Origin: Acidimicrobiia bacterium
GTDB lineage: Bacteria; Actinomycetota; Acidimicrobiia; Spongiisociales; UBA11373
Direction of reading: 5' to 3'
Assembly: GCA_040878325.1 (NCBI GenBank)
Contig: JBBDMM010000006.1
Span: 254,418-316,649, forward strand
DNA: 62,232 nt
Made by a program: the position numbers and the translations under genes. Shown here piece after piece: positions 9,141 to 18,793 of this stretch. How positions within the stretch are numbered: position 1 is the first letter of the stretch; every line of letters starts with the position of its first letter. Under the pieces are notes generated by a model. The model had not been told where the DNA came from and ran no database searches. It saw nothing but the letters and a program-made list of their open reading frames with translations.

Positions 9141-9274
9141 CAGCTAGAGGTCCTCGCCGGATCGGGCGCGGTGTCGCCGTCACCATCGGATCGGGAGGTG
9201 TCGCGGCCGCCGAGGAGCGCCAGGGGCTTTGGGTCGGTTCGCCATCCTGCCGGTTGCGCCATACCTTCACGCGG

Positions 9275-10102
9275 ATGAGGATCAGAAGTGGCATCACCCG
9301 GCGGTTCGATTTCTCCTATCGATCGAACCGGTTCGCCGTCGTGGCGACGCTGGGGTCCGGGATCGTTGCCGGCTGCGTCGGTCTGTTGAGTGGCGGTGGC
9401 TGGTGGCCGGCGGTTGCCGACGGCGTTCTCGCCGGTGGTGCCTCCTTCTTGTCGTGGGCGACTGCTCGCGAGCTCGATCCCGACCACCCGGTGAGCGCCG
9501 GAATCGCGGCCGTGTTGGCCCCGGTTCTATTGGTCGCCGGTCCCGCCAACCTGCTCGTCATGACCGTGTTGCTCGTCTCGGTTCGGGTAGTTGGCGGCAC
9601 CACCGGGCGTGCAATGAGGCCGATCGACCTGCTCTTCCTCGGCCTGGGGGCGGCGCTGATCTGCCTTCGGGCTGGCGGGGGTGCGGTCGCGACCGTCGCA
9701 GCACTCGCCCCTGCTCTTTCGGCGTGGTGGCATCGACCGGCGCGTCGCCTCCTCTTCGTCGGATCCGTGGCGATACTGCTGGCAGTGGCTGCGCTATCTG
9801 TCTTCATCGCTGACCCGGGGCCGTGGCTCCAGCCGGAGGGCCTCGAGCGGGGGCTGCTGGTCAGTGGTCTGGCCGCCGGCCTGGTGGCGACATGGGTGGT
9901 GGCACCGCTGCGATCGGCGACCGACAGCCGCCACGGAGGCCGGATTCTCGAGTCACGCATCCGGCTCGCCCGCGTGATGACCGTCGTTGCGTGCGTGGGC
10001 GCGGCGATGTGGTCAGGAGCCGCGGGGGTCCTGGCCGTCGCCCCCGCCTGGGCCGCCCTGGCCACGACCGCGGTGTCATCGATCGCCGCGTTGGCGGAGT
10101 GA
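9275..10102 (+). CDS. Hypothetical multi-pass membrane protein
   Basis: Hydrophobic ORF with WATARELDPDHP motif; TACCTT -10 box 7 nt upstream. Confidence 0.7.
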   Translation: MRIRSGITRRFDFSYRSNRFAVVATLGSGIVAGCVGLLSGGGWWPAVADGVLAGGASFLSWATARELDPDHPVSAGIAAVLAPVLLVAGPANLLVMTVLLVSVRVVGGTTGRAMRPIDLLFLGLGAALICLRAGGGAVATVAALAPALSAWWHRPARRLLFVGSVAILLAVAALSVFIADPGPWLQPEGLERGLLVSGLAAGLVATWVVAPLRSATDSRHGGRILESRIRLARVMTVVACVGAAMWSGAAGVLAVAPAWAALATTAVSSIAALAE

Positions 10103-10117
10103 GGGTCTATCGCGTTT

Positions 10118-10175
10118 CCTCCCCCGTAGGGGGAGGTGGCGCCGCCCGAAGGGCGGTGACGGAGGGGCCGTGCGG
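10118..10175 (+). repeat. REP-like palindromic repeat, family A copy
   Basis: 10129-10175 matches 47438-47484 at 46/47 nt; hairpins CCTCCCCC-GTA-GGGGGAGG and CCGCCC-GAA-GGGCGG. Confidence 0.85.
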
Positions 10176-10191
10176 CGGTATGACGCGATGG

Positions 10192-11205
10192 CTACCTGCT
10201 CCCTGCCAATTCTTCGTACTCCCGGATCGCGTACCGGTCCGTCATGCCTGATACGTAGTCGATGGCGGCGGTGACCTCGTCGGCGCCGTGGTGGCGGTAT
10301 GTATCAGGGACTTCGTCGGGGTGGGCGATGTAGTGGTCGGTGAGGGTGCGGATCACGGTGATGGCTTCATCACGCTGGACGTCGGCCTCGGGGCGCAGGT
10401 AGACCCGGTGGAACATGAAGACGCGCAGTTCGTTCATCGCGTCGAGGGCGGCCTGCTCCATGGTGACCTCCCCTCGCCGGATCGACTCGTCGACCACGGC
10501 GTCGATCATCGACCGGATCCACTCGCCGCCGGGTTCACCGAACACTTGACGCGGCGTGTCCGGTAGGTCGGCGTAGGCGATCACCCCAGCCCGCACCGCG
10601 TCGTCTACGTCGTGGGTGAGATAGGCGATGCGGTCGGCGAATCGGCAGACCATGCCTTCGGGCGTGGCCGGCGGCGGATCGATCTTCCACGAGTGCGCCC
10701 GGATTCCGTCGCGCACCTCCCAGGTGAGGTTGAGCGGCTCAAGCACCTCGAACACCCGCACGCTCTGAGCGGCGTGGTGCCACTCGCCGGGAACGTAGGG
10801 GGTGAGGGCGTCCTCCCCGATGTGGCCGAACGGAGAGTGGCCGACGTCGTGCCCCAGGCAGATGGCCTCTGCGAGTGATTCGTTGAGCCGCAGGTAGGTT
10901 GCAAGAGCGCGGCCGATCTGGGTCACCTGGAGGGTGTGGGTGAGCCGGGTGACAAAGTGGTCATCGTCGGGGTTGATGAACACCTGGGTCTTGTGCTTGA
11001 GCCGCCGGAAGGCCTTCGAGTGGAGGATGCGGTCGCGATCCCGTTCGAAAGCGGTCCGTCCTGGGTCCGCTTCTTCAGGGATCGAGCGGCCGCGGGAGTC
11101 AGTCGACCGCGTCGCCGACGCAGAGAGCATGGTGCGCTCGTGCTCCTCGGCGTCCTCGCGGGTTCGGCGCCTCAGGAACCGCGGGGAGGGGACCCCACCT
11201 GCCAT
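10192..11205 (-). CDS. dgt: Deoxyguanosinetriphosphate triphosphohydrolase (HD domain)
   Basis: RDRDRILHSKAFRRLKHKTQVF, TRLTHTLQV, HDVGHSPFGHIGE, DYVSGMTD. Confidence 0.9.
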   Translation of the reverse strand: MAGGVPSPRFLRRRTREDAEEHERTMLSASATRSTDSRGRSIPEEADPGRTAFERDRDRILHSKAFRRLKHKTQVFINPDDDHFVTRLTHTLQVTQIGRALATYLRLNESLAEAICLGHDVGHSPFGHIGEDALTPYVPGEWHHAAQSVRVFEVLEPLNLTWEVRDGIRAHSWKIDPPPATPEGMVCRFADRIAYLTHDVDDAVRAGVIAYADLPDTPRQVFGEPGGEWIRSMIDAVVDESIRRGEVTMEQAALDAMNELRVFMFHRVYLRPEADVQRDEAITVIRTLTDHYIAHPDEVPDTYRHHGADEVTAAIDYVSGMTDRYAIREYEELAGSR

Positions 11206-11262
11206 CAGAGTTCGGCTTCCAACCGAGCGTCACTCGAAGACTCGGTTTCTGAGCGCTTGGCT

Positions 11263-12216
11263 TCATCCACGATCGAGGAGGGCTACATCGGTCTGCAGCT
11301 GTACCGCCAGGAAGGTCAGGAATCCGATGACCGCCGCGGCCCCCGCCAGAATGAGGGCCCGCTTCCATATCGGTCCGTTGATGAACTGCGCTACCGGCCC
11401 GGGCTCGCGATGCCCACTGATGAGGCGTCGGCGGATGCGAGCCGAAATGGCATCGACGGCAAGGACCGCCGCAATCGTGAGTACGAGGACGGTGCTGGCC
11501 CGCGAGTAGTTGCGGAACCTCAACTGAGCGATCAACTCGCCGCCGATACCTCCGGCCCCCACCACGCCGAGGACCGCCGATGCTCTGATGTTGATCTCGA
11601 ACCGGTAGAGCCAGTAGGCCAGGATGTTGGGCATCACCTGCGGAACCACTCCGAACCGCATCCGGGCGATGGGCCCGCCCCCGACGGCAGCGACTGCCTC
11701 GACGGGGCCATCGTCGATTCCTTCGATCACCTCCGATGACAACTTGCCCAGGGTGCCGATGGAGTGGATGCCGAGGGCGAGGGTTCCGGTCCAGGCTCCG
11801 AGCCCGGTCACCGGGATCAGGATGATCGCCACCAGCAGTTCGGGGATGGCACGGATTCCGTTGAGGAACTGTCGGGTGATATTGCTCACCGCGGCGGGGC
11901 TGACGTTCTTGGCTGCGAGAAAGGCCATCGGGAAGGAGAAGAACGCGCCGATCATCGTGCCGATCCAGGCGATGAAGAACGACTCCATGATCTTGGGGAG
12001 TGCCCGCTGGACGGCATCGGCGCTCAGGTCGGGCACCATCAACTTGCTGAGAATGTTCCAAACGTCGGCGGGAGCGCTCAATAGGCGGTCGAGGGACACA
12101 TTCAGTCCCATCGCCCCCCAGATTGCGGGGACGATCACGGCAACCGCAACCGCCCAGCGGAACACCCTTGGCCCGATTGGAGCGGCCGGGCGGATCTGCT
12201 GCGGGAGGCTGGTCAT
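11263..12216 (-). CDS. phnE: Phosphonate/phosphate ABC transporter permease
   Basis: C-terminal part of ORF 11263..13446; RAIPEL, GKLSSEVIE, YRFEINIRASAVLGVVGAGGIG. Confidence 0.85.
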   Translation of the reverse strand: MTSLPQQIRPAAPIGPRVFRWAVAVAVIVPAIWGAMGLNVSLDRLLSAPADVWNILSKLMVPDLSADAVQRALPKIMESFFIAWIGTMIGAFFSFPMAFLAAKNVSPAAVSNITRQFLNGIRAIPELLVAIILIPVTGLGAWTGTLALGIHSIGTLGKLSSEVIEGIDDGPVEAVAAVGGGPIARMRFGVVPQVMPNILAYWLYRFEINIRASAVLGVVGAGGIGGELIAQLRFRNYSRASTVLVLTIAAVLAVDAISARIRRRLISGHREPGPVAQFINGPIWKRALILAGAAAVIGFLTFLAVQLQTDVALLDRG

Positions 12217-13580
12217 ACGAGCCGCCTGCGGAGGGCGATGCTGATCTGTTCGATGACGAACACCACGACGAAGATCAGCATCACCACTGCCAGCACCCGG
12301 TCGAACCGATAGAAGAGTCTCTGCGCGTCGAGCACCTGTCCGATTCCGCCCGCACCGACTACCCCGAGCACGACCGAGGCCCGGACGTTGATCTCGAAGA
12401 CGTAGAGGGCGTACGCCACGTAGTTCGGGAGCACCTGGGGAAGCACGGCCGCTCGGACGGCGGGGAAGTGCCGGGATCCGCTCGTCTTCGCAGCTTCGAG
12501 CGGTCCGGGGTCGGCAGCATCGACCGTTTCGGAGAGCAGCTTCGCCATGATCGCAAGCGAGAAGAAAACCAAGGCGAGCGCCCCGGCAAAAGCGCCGGAC
12601 CCGACCGACGTAACGAAGATCATTGCCCAGAAGAGGTCGGGGACTGTCCTGATCAGACTGATGAAACCCTTGTCGATCAGGTAGATCGGTCGGTTCGGAG
12701 CCGTCAGGCTCGAGGCGAGGAATGCGAGCGGAAGAGCGATCGACACGCCGATCGTGGAGGCGATCATCGAGATGCGGAGGGTCTCGACCAAGGGGTTTCC
12801 CCGGTTTGGATTCCCGAATTCCCATGAGGGGAACCACCACCAGTCGCCGCCGCCTATGGCCCACCCGAAGTCGGGCGGCCAGAAGTTGGGGACTTTGACG
12901 ATGTTCCCGATGTTCCGCACGAGGCCGGGAATGGTGAACCCGACCTGCGACGCGGCGTACACGGTCATGAACAGCAAGATGCTGCCGACGGTGAGCGTCG
13001 GGAGCTTGGAGACCACCGCCAGCAATGCGGCCCCTCCAAACATGGCCAACGCCAGCGCCACGATGGCGTAGTCGCCTGCCCCGAAGACCGGATCCTGACT
13101 GCGCCGCAAGCCTTCGATGGGGTTGGTCACTCCGAACGACACCGCGGCCGGCATTGCCACCGCCGCCCCCGCCAACCAGGAGAGAGCCACGTTGACCGCC
13201 GCCGATGGCGATGACCCCTTGTAGCGGGCAAACCACGCGGCAGCCGCGGCCGCGGGAAGCCAGGCGAGCGTGAACCGCACGCACATCATCACGTCGACCG
13301 CCTGGGGCGTACCAGGGAGGACGACCGTGGTCAGGACCGTGGAGGCGATGACTCCTGCAGAGAGGATTCCACCCGAGATCGGGGTAAATGCGATGTGCCC
13401 GATGCGCAACGCGAGCAAGAACCCACCCGCGGCAACAACGCCCCAAATTGCGCCCGAAAGGTATGTGCCGAGGAAGCCGCCCCCGACAAAACCGACCGTT
13501 GCCACCAGCAACGGAACGAACATGGTCCGGACGCGCAGCGGGGGATCGGGTCGCAGCTGGACCGGGGCCTCGACCGTCAC
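12213..13580 (-). CDS. phnE: Phosphonate/phosphate ABC transporter permease with extended N-terminal TM region
   Basis: RTVPDL, AKLLSETVD, FEINVRASVVLGVVGAGGIG. Confidence 0.85.
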   Translation of the reverse strand: MTVEAPVQLRPDPPLRVRTMFVPLLVATVGFVGGGFLGTYLSGAIWGVVAAGGFLLALRIGHIAFTPISGGILSAGVIASTVLTTVVLPGTPQAVDVMMCVRFTLAWLPAAAAAAWFARYKGSSPSAAVNVALSWLAGAAVAMPAAVSFGVTNPIEGLRRSQDPVFGAGDYAIVALALAMFGGAALLAVVSKLPTLTVGSILLFMTVYAASQVGFTIPGLVRNIGNIVKVPNFWPPDFGWAIGGGDWWWFPSWEFGNPNRGNPLVETLRISMIASTIGVSIALPLAFLASSLTAPNRPIYLIDKGFISLIRTVPDLFWAMIFVTSVGSGAFAGALALVFFSLAIMAKLLSETVDAADPGPLEAAKTSGSRHFPAVRAAVLPQVLPNYVAYALYVFEINVRASVVLGVVGAGGIGQVLDAQRLFYRFDRVLAVVMLIFVVVFVIEQISIALRRRLV

Positions 13581-14350
13581 AGTTCGGCGCCCTCCAGCAG
13601 GTCGTCCGGGGTCACCGATCGGCCGTAGATCTCCCGGAAGGTCGATTCCTGAACGTCGGCGATGTCGCCGTCGTAGACGAGTTCCCCCGCCCTCAGCCCG
13701 ATGAGTCGCTTGCCGTAGGCGCGTGCCAGGTCGAGGAAGTGGAGGTTGATGATCGTGGTGATGTTGAGATCCCGGTTGATGCGGCGAAGGTCACGCATCA
13801 CGTGGTGGGAGGTGACTGGGTCGAGGGAAGCCACCGGCTCGTCGGCGAGGATGATCGACGGCTCCTGGGCAAGGGCTCGGGCAATCCCCACTCGCTGTTG
13901 CTGGCCGCCGGAGAGGTCACTAGCCCTGACATATGCTTTCTCGACGATCTCGACTCTCTCCATTGCCTTGAAGGCGACCTCCCGGTCGGCGGCGGGCCAT
14001 GCGCCGAGCATCGCCCGCCACCAGCTGACCTTGGCAAGCCGACCCATCAACACGTTGTTGATCACCGAAGTCCGGGTCACCAGGTTGAAAGTCTGGAAGA
14101 TCATCCCGATCTCGGACCGGAGTTCGCGGAGGGTGGACGCCGAGGCGCCGCGGACTTCGACGCCGTTCACTTTGACGGAGCCGCCGGTGATCGGGACCAG
14201 GCCGTTCACCGCCCGGAGGAGCGTCGACTTGCCGGCACCGGACAATCCGACGATCACGACGAGTTCACCCTGCGGGATGGTGAGGCTGACGCCCTTGAGC
14301 GCCTTGAGGCCCCCGCGGTACGTGACTTCGACATTCTCGAACTCGATCAA
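13577..14350 (-). CDS. phnC: Phosphonate ABC transporter ATP-binding protein
   Basis: [28 protein letters not shown]. Confidence 0.9.
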   Translation of the reverse strand: MIEFENVEVTYRGGLKALKGVSLTIPQGELVVIVGLSGAGKSTLLRAVNGLVPITGGSVKVNGVEVRGASASTLRELRSEIGMIFQTFNLVTRTSVINNVLMGRLAKVSWWRAMLGAWPAADREVAFKAMERVEIVEKAYVRASDLSGGQQQRVGIARALAQEPSIILADEPVASLDPVTSHHVMRDLRRINRDLNITTIINLHFLDLARAYGKRLIGLRAGELVYDGDIADVQESTFREIYGRSVTPDDLLEGAEL

Positions 14351-14417
14351 AGGGGGCTCCTCACGCGCTCGAATTCCGAGGCTAGCCGCTCAAGACCGTT
14401 CGACTTCCCGGTATGCA

Positions 14418-14447
14418 AGAGGGGCCGCTCTTGCGAGCGGCCCCTCT
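14418..14447. terminator. Perfect 13-bp stem hairpin between phnD and phnC (attenuator or mRNA stabiliser)
   Basis: AGAGGGGCCGCTC-TTGC-GAGCGGCCCCTCT. Confidence 0.7.
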
Positions 14448-14469
14448 ACGCATTCGTCCTAGTTCGGGA

Positions 14470-15513
14470 TCAGGTACCGAAGCCGAGACGGTCGATCGCA
14501 GCACCGATTGGCACCAGCGACGCCTCCGTCGTGGCATCCGCGCGGGTGAGCGCGGTCCAGCTGTAGAGGGCATCCATCACCAGGGCGCCTTCCTCGGTGG
14601 CGATGAAGTCGGACAGTGCCTGGAAGATTGCCTCCTTCAGGTCGTCCGGCAGGTCGCCGCGAATGGCGATGACGTCGTTGGCAATCCGGTCGGAGATGTT
14701 GAAGACAATGATCTTCTCACCGACGTCCGGGAAGTCCTCGCGGATCGCACGGCGGGCATCGTCGAACGACAGCCCGATTTCGGCATCACCGTTGTAGACC
14801 GCGGTGACCGCCAGGTCGTGGCTGCCGCCGAAGAAAGTCGACTCGTACTGGTCGTCGGTGATCCCGGCATCCTGCAACTGGATGGTCGGGAAGATATAGC
14901 CGGAGGTCGACTGCTCGCCAGGGAAGGCGATCGTCTTGCCCACGACCACATCGAGCGACACCGGCTCAGGGCAACGCAGACCCGCGGAAGTTTCCGTGTC
15001 ACGGGTTCCGTCGCCATTCCAACCCACCTGCAGGGCAGGAGTGTCGGTCGGGCCGACTGCTACGACATTGCCACTGGCGTCGTAGTAGAAGGCACCCTCG
15101 ACCGGGTCGGCTCCGCAGATCGACGGATCGTTGGTGTACCACTGGGCGTGGTAGGTCGGATCGCCAAAGCGGACTGACTGGGCCAAGAGCTCCAAATTGG
15201 AGTAGGTCCGGCTCGCCAGAACGTATCCGGCAGGTCCGAACGCGCCGAGGTCGGCCTGTCCGGTTCCCATCGCGGTACCGAGACCGACATAGTCGGTGGC
15301 TACGAAGCCTTCGACCTCGATATCGAGGGCGTCGGCCAGAATTGCGGCGAGCGTGTCGACATCGTCCTGCAACTCGCCGGCTTCCTGAGATGGCACGAAG
15401 CCGAATACCAGCTTCTCCGGCCACTCACCCTCGTCACCACCATCGTCATCCCCACAGGCGGCTGCTACGAGTCCCAATACCAGGACAAGCGCCGCCCACT
15501 TACGTGCGCGCAT
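14470..15513 (-). CDS. phnD: Phosphate/phosphite/phosphonate ABC substrate-binding lipoprotein
   Basis: Lipobox VAAAC; GFVPS, STSGYIFP, GSHD; AAGGGAG RBS. Confidence 0.85.
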   Translation of the reverse strand: MRARKWAALVLVLGLVAAACGDDDGGDEGEWPEKLVFGFVPSQEAGELQDDVDTLAAILADALDIEVEGFVATDYVGLGTAMGTGQADLGAFGPAGYVLASRTYSNLELLAQSVRFGDPTYHAQWYTNDPSICGADPVEGAFYYDASGNVVAVGPTDTPALQVGWNGDGTRDTETSAGLRCPEPVSLDVVVGKTIAFPGEQSTSGYIFPTIQLQDAGITDDQYESTFFGGSHDLAVTAVYNGDAEIGLSFDDARRAIREDFPDVGEKIIVFNISDRIANDVIAIRGDLPDDLKEAIFQALSDFIATEEGALVMDALYSWTALTRADATTEASLVPIGAAIDRLGFGT

Positions 15514-15664
15514 GTGATTGCTCCCTTGTGTTTCGTTGCCCAACTGAACGCCGAGTGTCGGGCCCGCAACGGGTCGGGACCCCACTCCAAATCGACCTCA
15601 GCAATTCCGGTGGCACTGATATGAGGCTATCACGGTCGGGGGACAGGAATCTGGGCGGCCCCGG

Positions 15665-15725
15665 CCTTCCGCCCTCCGCCTCCCGCCTCCGCAAGAGTGT
15701 TGCCGGACTGGGGACTGGGGACTGG
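15665..15725. repeat. Heptamer arrays CCYYCCG x3-4 and GGACTGG x3
   Basis: CCTTCCG CCCTCCG CCTCCCG CCTCCG CAAGAG ... GGACTGG x3. Confidence 0.75.
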
Positions 15726-15738
15726 GTGGGAACCACGC

Positions 15739-15774
15739 GAAAGGGGGGAGGGGCCTGAGCCCCTCCCCCCTTTC
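15739..15774. terminator. Intrinsic terminator-like hairpin with a 16-bp stem
   Basis: GAAAGGGGGGAGGGGC-CTGA-GCCCCTCCCCCCTTTC just downstream of the amino acid binding protein gene. Confidence 0.75.
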
Positions 15775-15788
15775 TGATCTTTCTCTTC

Positions 15789-16583
15789 TCAGCCTGAGTA
15801 CAGGACGCTGCCGGCGGGGGCCTCGAACCAGGTGTCGTAAATCGCCTGGTAGGTGCCGTCGTCGAACATCTCCTGGAGAACCCGGTTCATCTCCGCGAGC
15901 AGGGTCTCCCGGGCGGGATCCACCCCGAACCCGTAGTCCTCGTCGGTGTCGATCACGGCGACCACCGCGAGATCCGCGCGATTGGCCGATTCCTCGACCG
16001 CCGAAGGCTCATCGAAGATCACGCCGTCCACCTGTGCGCCTTCGAGGGCGTTGTAGGTGTCGGGCGCACTCGGGTACTCCACGACCTCGACCCCGAGGGG
16101 GGCGAGGTTCTCGGTGGCCCAGGCGGCTCCGGTGGTGCCGCTCTGCACCGCGACACGGTCGCCGTCGCCGAGGTCTTCAACGCTGGTGATGTCGGGGCGG
16201 GCCGCGGTGTTCACCGTCAACGCCTGCTGGGCCTTGTAGTAGGGAACCGTGAAGTTCACCAACTCTGACCGTTCCGGCGTGATTGTCGTCGCTGAGGCGA
16301 CCACGTCGAATTGGCCGGTGGCCAATTGGGTGAAGATCGTGTCGAACGGCGTCGCCACCCACTCGGCGGTGAGGTCGAGCCGTGACGCGATCTCGTTGAT
16401 CAGGTCGGCGTCGAAGCCGACCACGGTGTCGCCGGCATAGTCCTCGAACGGCGGGAACGGAATGTCCGACCCGACGAGAAGCACCCCGGGGGTCTTTGTC
16501 AGATCGGTCGCATCGTCGTCGCCGCAAGCCGCTGCAAGCAGGGCGAGAACGACGACCAACCACAGCATGCTGCGTAGTCGCAT
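15789..16583 (-). CDS. Polar amino acid ABC transporter substrate-binding lipoprotein
   Basis: Lipobox LAAAC; SDIPFPPFE, GFDADL, TITPER, VQSGTTG. Confidence 0.9.
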   Translation of the reverse strand: MRLRSMLWLVVVLALLAAACGDDDATDLTKTPGVLLVGSDIPFPPFEDYAGDTVVGFDADLINEIASRLDLTAEWVATPFDTIFTQLATGQFDVVASATTITPERSELVNFTVPYYKAQQALTVNTAARPDITSVEDLGDGDRVAVQSGTTGAAWATENLAPLGVEVVEYPSAPDTYNALEGAQVDGVIFDEPSAVEESANRADLAVVAVIDTDEDYGFGVDPARETLLAEMNRVLQEMFDDGTYQAIYDTWFEAPAGSVLYSG

Positions 16584-16663
16584 TTCGATTGCTCCTAATT
16601 GGTATTCAGGCGCGCAAGCGCGCGTGTAGGAGGTTAGTAAGGACTGGCAACTGGGCAGGCTTC

Positions 16664-16768
16664 GATTGGCGATTGGCGATTGGCGATTGGCGATTGGCGA
16701 TTAGGCAGAACCGTTAGGAGTTCGCTGGTGCCTCCAACGCGTCGCGCATTGCGGATTGCGGAACTGCC
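16664..16768. repeat. Heptamer array GATTGGC x5 plus GSATTGC units
   Basis: Five perfect GATTGGC at 16664-16698; GCATTGC GGATTGC near 16745. Confidence 0.85.
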
Positions 16769-16806
16769 CCCTGCTTGTGCTCGTTGGCTCCCGTTACCAT
16801 CAGCGC

Positions 16807-18573
16807 GTGACCCAGTACCGCGCCCTCTATCGCACCCATCGGCCCCAAGGATTCGCCGATGTGGTGGGACAGGGGCACGTGACCGAGACGCTGGCACGCG
16901 AGGTCGTGGCCGAGAAGCTGGGGCACGCCTATCTCTTTGCCGGGCCACGAGGCACCGGCAAGACCACCACGGCGCGCATCCTCGCCAAGGCCATCAACTG
17001 CCCCGACCGGCGCGAGGACGGCGAGCCGTGCAACGTGTGCCTGTCCTGTCTCGCCATCACCGAGGGATCGTCGATGGATGTGATCGAATTGGACGCCGCC
17101 TCGCACAACAAGGTCGAGGACGTGCGGGAGATCCGGGCCAACGTCGGTACGGTCGCCAGCGTCGGTGGCGCCAAGCGGGTGTACATCCTCGACGAGGCTC
17201 ACATGCTGTCGCGGGCGGCGGCGAACGCGTTGCTCAAGACCCTCGAGGAGCCGCCGGAGCACGCTCTCTTCGTGCTGGCAACGACTGAGCCGTACAAGCT
17301 CCCCGACACCATTCGCAGCCGCACCCAGCGCTTCGATTTCCATCCGATCGGATCGGAGGCACTGATCGCCCACCTGTCACGGGTTGCCGGCGCAGAGGAC
17401 ATCGAGGCGACCCACGATGCGCTGGCATTGATTGCTCGGCACGCCGGCGGTAGCGCCCGCGATGCGCTCGGGTTGCTCGAACAAGTTGCGGCGCTAGGTC
17501 TCGGAACCGTCGATTCGAAAGGCGTGACCAGAGCCCTCGGCCTGGCCGCGCCAGACGCTTTCGCCCGGCTGATCGGGCTCATCGCCAAGGAGGATGCCGC
17601 CGGGGTCCTCACCCTCGCTGCCCAGATCGCCGCCGAGGGCGCGGATCTGCGGCGGTTTGTGTCCGACGCCCTCGAGCTGTTCCGCGGCCTGTTCCTGGCG
17701 CAGTACGCCCCGAATCTCGCGGAGATCGTCGACGAGCCGACCGAAGTGATAGAGGAGTGGAAGAGTCTCGCCGACAAGCTGGAGCCATCTGATGTCCTCC
17801 GGTGCATCGACCGGCTCGGCGATGCCCTCGTGCAGTTGCGGGAGGGACGCGAGGAGCGCTTGGTCGTGGAGCTCGCCCTGCTCCAGATGACCCGCCCCGA
17901 GACCGCCACCGACCCGGTCTCGCTCGCCGGCCGGCTCGATCGGGTCGAGGAACGGCTCCGCCGGGCGGGGGCGCCCGCTCCCGCCTCGGCGCCGGCGGAA
18001 CCGAGCCCCACGGCTCCCGCCCCCGCGCCCTCAGCAGCCGTCGCCTTGCCGATTCCGCCGACGGTGGCGTCGTCTCCTGACACCGCAGCCGGGGTCTCCG
18101 CCTCCGATGCCCCTTTCGCGGTCACGGCGCCGGTTCAGGAGCCCGCGGCGGCTGCAGAGTTGACCCCGTCGGCCGTATTCGACCTGGATGTCGTCGACGA
18201 GAAGTGGCCGGCGATCGTGGCGCGGATCCGGGACGAGGCCGGGCCCCGGCGTTTTGCATTCTTCCGGGAGGCTCGGCCAGCGGCAGTCGACGGTTCGACC
18301 CTGGTGCTCGAGATCCCCGAGCAGTTCAAATTCCACCTCGATGCCCTGTCCGAGGACGACCGTTTGAATGCCATCGTGATCTCCGTTCTCGCCGACGTCC
18401 TCGGCGGCTCGGCGCGGGTCGCCTACCGCTCAGGGGCGGTGCAAGTAGAACCCGAGGTCAGTGCCGATCCGGGCCGCGCCCCCGACGAGGCCGACATGGA
18501 CGAAGCCACCGCCGGAGCCATCGACCCCACCGACCTGGTCGTCGACCTACTGGGCGGTGAAGTAGTGGAGTAA
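16807..18573 (+). CDS. dnaX: DNA polymerase III subunit gamma/tau
   Basis: ALYRTHRP, GPRGTGKTT, CNVCLSC, ELDAASH, DEAHML, LKTLEEPP. Confidence 0.95.
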   Translation: MTQYRALYRTHRPQGFADVVGQGHVTETLAREVVAEKLGHAYLFAGPRGTGKTTTARILAKAINCPDRREDGEPCNVCLSCLAITEGSSMDVIELDAASHNKVEDVREIRANVGTVASVGGAKRVYILDEAHMLSRAAANALLKTLEEPPEHALFVLATTEPYKLPDTIRSRTQRFDFHPIGSEALIAHLSRVAGAEDIEATHDALALIARHAGGSARDALGLLEQVAALGLGTVDSKGVTRALGLAAPDAFARLIGLIAKEDAAGVLTLAAQIAAEGADLRRFVSDALELFRGLFLAQYAPNLAEIVDEPTEVIEEWKSLADKLEPSDVLRCIDRLGDALVQLREGREERLVVELALLQMTRPETATDPVSLAGRLDRVEERLRRAGAPAPASAPAEPSPTAPAPAPSAAVALPIPPTVASSPDTAAGVSASDAPFAVTAPVQEPAAAAELTPSAVFDLDVVDEKWPAIVARIRDEAGPRRFAFFREARPAAVDGSTLVLEIPEQFKFHLDALSEDDRLNAIVISVLADVLGGSARVAYRSGAVQVEPEVSADPGRAPDEADMDEATAGAIDPTDLVVDLLGGEVVE

Positions 18574-18592
18574 GCCGCCCCTTCGGGGCGGC
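18574..18592 (+). terminator. Hairpin directly after the dnaX stop
   Basis: GCCGCCCC-TTC-GGGGCGGC. Confidence 0.5.
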
Positions 18593-18689
18593 GTCGAAAG
18601 GCAGATCCGGTGCTCGCGGTGGCGTTCCCGGCGCTGGCATCGCGGGGCTACGCGGGCCGCCGCACGGTGCGAAGGGCGGAACCCGGTAA

Positions 18690-18779
18690 GCGCATTGCGC
18701 ATTGCGCATTGCGGCTGAGCGAAGCGAGGCATTTGCGCAAATCGCAAATCGCCAATCGCAGGCCGAGCGAAGCGAGGCC
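18690..18779. repeat. Composite repeat: GCGCATT x3, GAGCGAAGCGAG motif x2, CAAATCG/CCAATCG units
   Basis: Read directly; ends 2 nt before the recR -10 box. Confidence 0.85.
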
Positions 18780-18793
18780 GTTACCCTCCTGCC

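Noticed and set aside
16664..16706. Repeat arrays as a CRISPR
   Set aside because: Units are 7 nt and contiguous, with no unique spacers and no cas genes in the window.
16584..16806. SRP RNA (ffs) or tRNA-Ser expected upstream of dnaX
   Set aside because: No SRP domain IV motif or cloverleaf recognisable; the spacer holds repeats.
16807..18573. Programmed frameshift producing the DnaX gamma subunit
   Set aside because: No A-AAA-AAG or long A-tract slippery site seen.
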